A DNA stretch of 64,000 nt, taken from positions 21,762,001 through 21,826,000 of the forward strand of contig OX597836.1 of NCBI GenBank assembly GCA_951406725.2. Direction: 5' to 3'. A program made the translations under genes and the position numbers. Below the pieces are notes generated by a model, which did not search any database, had not been told where the DNA came from, and saw only the letters and a list, made by a program, of their open reading frames with translations. Positions 56,365 to 64,000 of the stretch are shown one piece after another. Within the stretch, counting starts at the first letter, position 1. Each line of letters starts with the position of its first letter. The DNA is from Octopus vulgaris (Eukaryota).

Positions 56365-56825
56365 AAGGAGAAGGAAAGATCCCAAGAAGGGAAGACAGAG
56401 GGAAAAAATATTTTTGCTGGTGGTGCTCAATAGATCACATGTTGAAAGAACAGAAGTTGAGAGTATATATATATATATATCAAGTAAAAAGTAAAAAGTA
56501 AAAGATTCAAAAGAAAGAGAACACCTCAACTGACTATATATATATATATATATAACTTGGAGAGGAGAAATAGAGAAATAACGCGTGCATTCGGTCATAT
56601 AGTAATATAATAGATAAATAAAATATATGCATAAATACATATATATATGTACATACTTGCATCTACATGTATATATACATGCATACATATATATATATGT
56701 GAGTACAGGACACCACAAATAAACGTAAAACACAACGAGAGACGAGAACATAAAATGAAACAAGGAAACGGACTTTTTTTAAACAACGAAAAAACAGTGT
56801 ACAGGTACAAACAATACAAGGAAAA

Positions 56826-56889
56826 TTACCCTTCATCAGCTGTCCCTGGTTCGACTCAAAGTGTGTTTCGAAGGTAAGGACAGATCACA
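56826..56889 (-). ncRNA. non-circularly permuted hammerhead ribozyme motif (copy 2, cleavage triplet mutated)
   Basis: Minus: TGTGAT-CTGTCC-TTACCTTC-GAAACACA-16 nt-GGACAG-CTGATGA-AGGGTAA. Confidence 0.62.
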
Positions 56890-57076
56890 GTCGAAGCAGT
56901 CCTTCCTGCAAAAGGAATTAAATAAAATTCTTTTGCAGAGGGGTAAAACAAGTGACAAAAACAGGACGTAAAAGCAATACAAATGAAGAAAAAACAATAC
57001 AAATGAAGAAAAAAACAATACAAATGAAGAAAAAACAGTACAATAAAGAAACAGGACAGGAAACAGACAATAAGGG

Positions 57077-57146
<70 letters not shown>

Positions 57147-57733
57147 CGCGAATGAAATAAGGGCTTTATATATATATATGTGTATATATATAATATAACG
57201 TGAATGAATAATAACAGACGATAGATAAATGTCAGTTTAGTACAGCTGTTTCTCACGCATTTTTAATAGATGAATGAGTACATTACATCATGGATTCTTC
57301 TTGTATTGTTTTGAAATTATATGTACCATCTGATGAATTCGGATTTTTTGCAATAATGTAATGTACTCAAACAGCAGTAAATTAACTGACATTTATCCAG
57401 CGTCTGTTGTTATTTACTTGCTTATAATACACCAAAGTGTTTCACGACACTTCCGTATGATCAACACTACGTGTGCTTTGGATCAGGCCCTAGGCGCTAA
57501 ATACTCGCACGGCTGGGTTTTTCCCTGTGTGCACAACGAGAATATTTTACGGGATATTTATTCGACTAAAGGTAGAGATCACGGGTTAATTAAACCCTAC
57601 ATACAGCATATAATTCAAGTAATCGTTTTTTGTTCAAGAACCCTCATTAATGTATTATTATATAGCGTGTATATGTATGTAAATATGTATAAATGTGTGT
57701 ATATGTATATTTATATACATATGTATGTGTGTG

Positions 57734-57784
<51 letters not shown>

Positions 57785-57988
57785 ATTACCTGCCTTTATT
57801 TATCTACTTGTGAAGTCATCCACTTGTGAATTTCATCACACACAACATGGACAAAATTTCTTCTTAAGAAAAAATATATATTCAAATAAGTAAAACATAA
57901 TATCATAATAGCGATAGCGAAACCGGTCGATATATTAAAAATTATATTAAAACTATGTAAGTGTGCGTATTTTCCTTTTTTAATTTCT

Positions 57989-58044
<56 letters not shown>

Positions 58045-58109
58045 GGCAGTGCCCCAGCATGGCCACAGCTCGTGAGCTGAAACTAGATAAAATAAAATAA
58101 AATAAAATG

Positions 58110-58176
<67 letters not shown>

Positions 58177-58346
58177 CATATATATAAAATTAAAATTAAT
58201 CAAAAGAATGTCTACCTGCTGGAAATAACAGTCAAAACTCGTATTTAAATCGCCAAAATACACTGATAATAACTATAGAAATCAACCGTCCGAAGACAAA
58301 CGGGCTTAGACAGTCTCTCAGCATACATTCAAGTATTTTGACTCAC

Positions 58347-58559
58347 GTGGACCGGTTTTTGAACTAGCATAATAGTCTCACCTTCCTCAGCACGTATCAC
58401 CGTGAAGAAAGACCCAACCCGCCGTGTTGAAGTCTGCGCTGAAACTGATTCGTTTTGCGCCGAAATCTTGGCAGCCACCAGGGTGAAAGTATTTTCAATA
58501 CGGAGCAAATGATTCAAGAGAAATGTAATTAATAAAAAGATAATTTGCGAAGATATCAT
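58347..58559 (-). CDS. candidate first coding exon of a secreted or membrane protein, unidentified
   Basis: Long polypyrimidine tract and TAG acceptor (exon start 58574), ATG at 58559, hydrophobic MISSQIIFLLITFLL, donors AAG/GTGAGA (after 58382) or CAC/GTGAGT (after 58347). Confidence 0.45.
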
Positions 58560-59145
58560 TGACTCTGTTATTATCTAGTGAAAAAACTAAAAGAAGATAA
58601 CAGAAGATAACAGAAGGTAACAAAAGTTCAGACAAAACCGAAAGACAAGACCCACCACCACCACCATGACCTCAGGCTAAACTGAGAAGACACAAGCATG
58701 ACATACCTGTATAAGTGTTTCACGATCAAGGAATTTGCTAAAGCCCTTCGCTTCCAATGCAAAATACGCCATCGATGACTAGTCTCTCCAGATTTCGACT
58801 CAGGGCTGTCTTTAAAGTCTCTCTCTCTCTCCCTGGTCTTGTTGGTTTTCAGTTGCCATAAGTGTTTGGCTTTTTTTCTAGCCTTTTGCAAGCCCATTTT
58901 TGATTCTGGTCCAAATAAGCCTGGCATCTTATCCTTTGGCTCATCCAGCATGGAAGGCCCTGGTAGGAGCTGCCACTCTGCTGGCATAACTTTCGAAGAC
59001 ACTAGGGCACACAAGTTACCGCAACACAACAATACATATTGTGGAGTACAATTTTTTTTTTCTTTTACTATTCTTGTTAAAGAATACTATACATATATAC
59101 ATACATGCATGCATACATACATATATATACATATATACATACATA

Positions 59146-59185
<40 letters not shown>

Positions 59186-59264
59186 CACACATGTATGTAC
59201 GTATGAATGTATATATATATATGCACACATATATAGACATACATACACACGTATATTATATATG

Positions 59265-59301
<37 letters not shown>

Positions 59302-59860
59302 TTGTGTAAACGTACAATATATATGTATGTATGTATGTGCGTACGTCTGTGTGTACATATGTGTGTATGTATAATGTATGAACGTATGTCTGTGTTTGTC
59401 CGTCGGTCTGTATGCATGCATGCATGTATGTATGTATGTATGTATGTATGTATGTATGTATGTATGTATGTATGTATGTATGTATAAAGCGACACAAAAG
59501 ACTCATAATACCTTTTTTGTATTCGTCGATCAAGTGTAAAAATCGTGGTTTTGGATCTATTAGAAAAACATTTCTAATAAAGACCGTCCTTTTATTCTTT
59601 GTATTTGTATTTTGTTTTATGTTTGTTGTTGTTGTTAAGGACATTGTGAGGGTAGGAGGAGCAGTCTTTGTACACCCTCGGGCACCCTCATACTCGACTT
59701 CTAATACCGCACACTTTTGTGTGTTAATATATGTATGTGTTTGTGTGTGTATGTGTAAATATACATATATATATATACGTGTGTGTATATAGATATATAT
59801 AACAAATACTCACGCGTATATGATATATATGTATATATGTATGTATGTATATATGTATCT

Positions 59861-59942
<82 letters not shown>

Positions 59943-61485
59943 GCTTAAATACACAACACACCTACATATACTCTGGCATGCTTCTGTAAATACATGTCAT
60001 GTTAACTACATGTTGATATATGTGTTTGTGTATATATATATATATATATATATACATACATACATATGTTTGTGTGTGTGTGTGTAAGTCTATATGTATA
60101 TATATATGTGTGTACACGCATACATACATGCATACATACATACATACAAACATACATACATACATACATACATACATACATACATACATACATACATACA
60201 TACATACATACATACATACATACATACATACATACATACATACATACGTACGTACGGGCGCGGCTCATTCATGCATTCATGCATGTATACATGCATACAC
60301 ACACGTGTCTCTATGAAAACTTATTGAATCGGAAATAAACGAGACAAAACATTTGTCGATAGGCAAGTGTTTTCACATCATTTCTTCAACAAATCTTTTC
60401 CTGTTCTCAGCCATCTTTTATAGGCCGAGTGTTGTACATTAATTACAATATCCTACAGAGGTATGATTTTCTTTTATAATCTGTAGTAATCGTTGTTCTA
60501 GTTGTTTAACCCCAGGTTGAGGATGAGCTGGAAAACTCTACGATCATACAATGCTTAGTGTCATTTCTTATGGTTCTTTGCATTCTGAGTTCAAATTCCT
60601 CCGAGGTCGACTTTGTCTTTCGTCCTTTCGGGGTCGACAAAGTAAGCACCAGTTGAACACTGGGGATCGATGTAATCGACTTAACCACCGCCACCACTGC
60701 TAAATGTCCGGCCTTGTACCAATGTTTGAAACCATTATGAAAGCGGTTAGCTAGTAGAATCATTAGAGCATCTGGGATGCAGAGAAGCTGGCACGGGACC
60801 GCCAACGATGGAGAGCACAAGTGGAGATGGTCAACATGATGACACCTATGGAACCACTAACTAGTGACGATCCCAGCCCCATAAACAAGAGCATGAAGCA
60901 GCTCTTGAAGTTGGGGAAACGCTTAGCGGAAGTTCTTCAGGGTTTTACAGATTTTAAGTACCAGTCGAGAACTGGGGCCGATGTAATCGACTAGGACCTC
61001 TCCATATAATCTTAGGCCCTGTACCTATAGTATTGATAGAAATAATTATTGTTGGAGAGGGAAGTGCTGTCTCCCGGTGAATATGTGAAAAGATGGTTGA
61101 CAGTGGTAATAATGGTTAGGGACAACGAACCAGCCCTAAGCATACGCATGCTGATTGATGGACAGCAGTTGGGCGAGGGCTCGTGCCTTTCATGGTCAAC
61201 GAAATCCTGGATCGGCGAGGTTCCTTGATTGGCCCTTATCGGAGGTTTTCCTCTTTCCGAAGGACTACATCTTTCATCTGTTCTCATACTTTTCTCATTG
61301 CAGCATGTTTTCTCTAGCTTTCCCTGCATCTTTTATGCACACCCAACACAAATTGTAGCTTGTCCTTCCGATGTACCCCTCTTTTTGGACCCCGTGGCGA
61401 ACAAAAGCAATCATCGTTATCATCATCTTCGTCGTCGTCGTCACCACTTTTATTATTATTGTTGTTGTCGTTGTTGTTATCATTA

Positions 61486-61562
<77 letters not shown>

Positions 61563-61692
61563 CATCATCATCATCATCATCATCATCATTGTTGATGTAT
61601 GTATTGTAGATAGAGTAAATCACATAGATATGTATATATATGTATATATATATATATACATGTGTATATATGTATGTATGTATGCATGCATG

Positions 61693-61730
<38 letters not shown>

Positions 61731-61762
61731 AAAAAACAAACACACATATATGTGTATGCATT

Positions 61763-61839
<77 letters not shown>

Positions 61840-62123
61840 GTACTTACAACGCATAAATCCGTGAGTATGTGTGTATATACACACATATGTATATAAGCTT
61901 TTCGGTTGAGGGTGTGAGTCCTGATGACAGGCCATGTGAAACAACACCCGGTTTATCACAATGCTCACCCTTACCTCTAGATCTCTGACTCCAGATTGCC
62001 CTTATACGCACAATGGCAACAACCGCATGAATTACTCATCGAGATCCATTGATTTCTGTGGTTTTTACATGTGCCACTGAACACACACACACACACACTT
62101 GTTTCTGTTTATATGTACGTACA

Positions 62124-62159
<36 letters not shown>

Positions 62160-62160
62160 T

Positions 62161-62229
<69 letters not shown>

Positions 62230-62417
62230 TATATATATATACATACATATATATATATATATGTGTGTGTGTTGTGTGTGTGTGTTTATTTAAAGTGGGT
62301 ATATCATGAATATTTATTTATTCTAGGCTGTGGGGGGTTGGGACGGATGGGTTGAGTCAGTAATATACATCATATAACCCCCATCAACGAAATTAAAATA
62401 TGTTTGTTTTGTTTGGC

Positions 62418-62458
<41 letters not shown>

Positions 62459-62476
62459 TATTATTATTATTATTAA

Positions 62477-62593
<117 letters not shown>

Positions 62594-62659
62594 TATTATT
62601 ATTATTATTATTATTATTTATTATTATTATTATTAATATTATTATTATTATTATTATTA

Positions 62660-62815
<156 letters not shown>

Positions 62816-63254
62816 TTCTCTACCGATCATAATGTAGATCGTCTTCCGAATTGATCTGTCTCTTATGTTAGATACGTTAACATTTAGTTATTCTATGTGT
62901 GTATATATATGTGTGTGTGTTTATGTGTACATGTGTGTGTGTGCGTGTGTGTATGCGTGTATAGGTGTGTATGTGTAAGTGTGTGTAGGTGTTTGTGTAT
63001 GTAAGTATATGTGCCTATTATATAGATATATGTCTATAGATAAATAGATAGATAGCTGGATGGATGGATAGATGGATTGATGGAACGAGGAAAGAAGGGA
63101 GGGATGGATGAGTAGATATACAGATAGCCCACTAACCCGTGTTCCTTAAACTAGGCACACAAATTTGTCTCTTTTACGTTGAATCGTTAATCCCTAAACA
63201 TTTTTTCGTTCATCTTCCCGTTTTTTTTTTTTTTGTTTTTTTTTCCTTTCAAAC

Positions 63255-63290
63255 CTTTCTGTCGAAGAGTGTCTGCTCGAAACGTCAAAG
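63255..63290 (+). ncRNA. minimal hammerhead motif (CTGTCGA core variant)
   Basis: CTTT-CTGTCGA-A-GAGT(GTCT)GCTC-GAAAC-GTC-AAAG; downstream GAGCG..AACTAATAC resembles the 49637 unit. Confidence 0.6.
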
Positions 63291-64000
63291 ACTTTTCCAT
63301 TCTTCCCGAGCGTTAAACTAATACACCTGCTTGTTGTTCCTTCACCTGTTTTCGTCTCTTGTTTTCTATAAATTTGAACTATATATATATAGTTCTTCTC
63401 TGTGAAACTAATAAGCTTTTTAAAACCTGTGATAAGACTGTGCATCATCATTAAAGAACTTTGGAAGTCTGTTTACAACCTGAATCTGCTTTTAATGAAA
63501 TTATCTCCAATACTTCATGAGTGTAGCCTCACCCACTAAGATGTTTGGAGAACTCATATGTATTTTAGCTGATGAGTACGGGACACTTTTATCTGCTGCA
63601 ATATTTGCAACTTTTAATAAAGCCTGTCTTTGTATGAAACAATTGTACTAAAAACTAATCCATTCTTGTTGCTTCTTTTCTCGTTTATAATCACCCCACA
63701 CTACTGTATTGGTTAACACCATATAGTTTTCTGGTGCATCTAAGTTAAGTACCATATTCAAGTGAATTCATTAGAATTGACTTGAATCTTAATTGCTTTT
63801 ATTGAATATATATATATATATATATTTGAACTATGTATATATATATATATATATATATATACACGTGTGTATGTGTGTATGTATGTATGTATGTATGTAT
63901 GTATGTATGTATGTATGTATGTATGTATGTATGTATGTATGTATGTATGTATGCATGTACTATGCATGTATAATAAATGTGGCAAGGCTTCAACATATAT

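Noticed and set aside
58628-59032. 134-aa ORF
   Set aside because: Non-ATG start, includes simple repeats; it resembles a decayed retroelement 5' UTR but that cannot be supported firmly.
61012-61410. Possible 5' end of a Dong-like element with an HDV-like or twister ribozyme
   Set aside because: Adjacent to trinucleotide repeats, but I could not fit either ribozyme fold or any diagnostic protein motif.
61905-61965. CTGATGA...GAAAC hammerhead candidate
   Set aside because: Helices I and II cannot be formed convincingly; at best a badly decayed copy.

Overview
AT-rich, extremely microsatellite-dense eukaryotic DNA, probably intronic or intergenic. The SINE set (three tRNA-derived groups, two sharing a tail, with CORE-, Meta- and V-like domains) and the simple-repeat load point to an octopus/cephalopod genome; this is inference. 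Almost all ORFs in the supplied track are microsatellite artefacts. Recognisable content: dozens of SINE copies; a decayed R4/Dong-type RLE retrotransposon (31100-33712) plus fragments; a CR1/L2-group LINE remnant; four Tc1/mariner transposase remnants plus a Tc1 terminal fragment; a non-autonomous Helitron; a hAT-like MITE; a Penelope-like GIY-YIG remnant; a 30-bp minisatellite; and one candidate signal-peptide exon on the minus strand (58347-58574). The standout is more than ten hammerhead-ribozyme motifs. Three of them (17589, 40238, 56826) have the strands in a non-circularly permuted, pseudoknotted order, supported by compensatory changes between copies. All structures were read by eye; nothing was searched or folded computationally.
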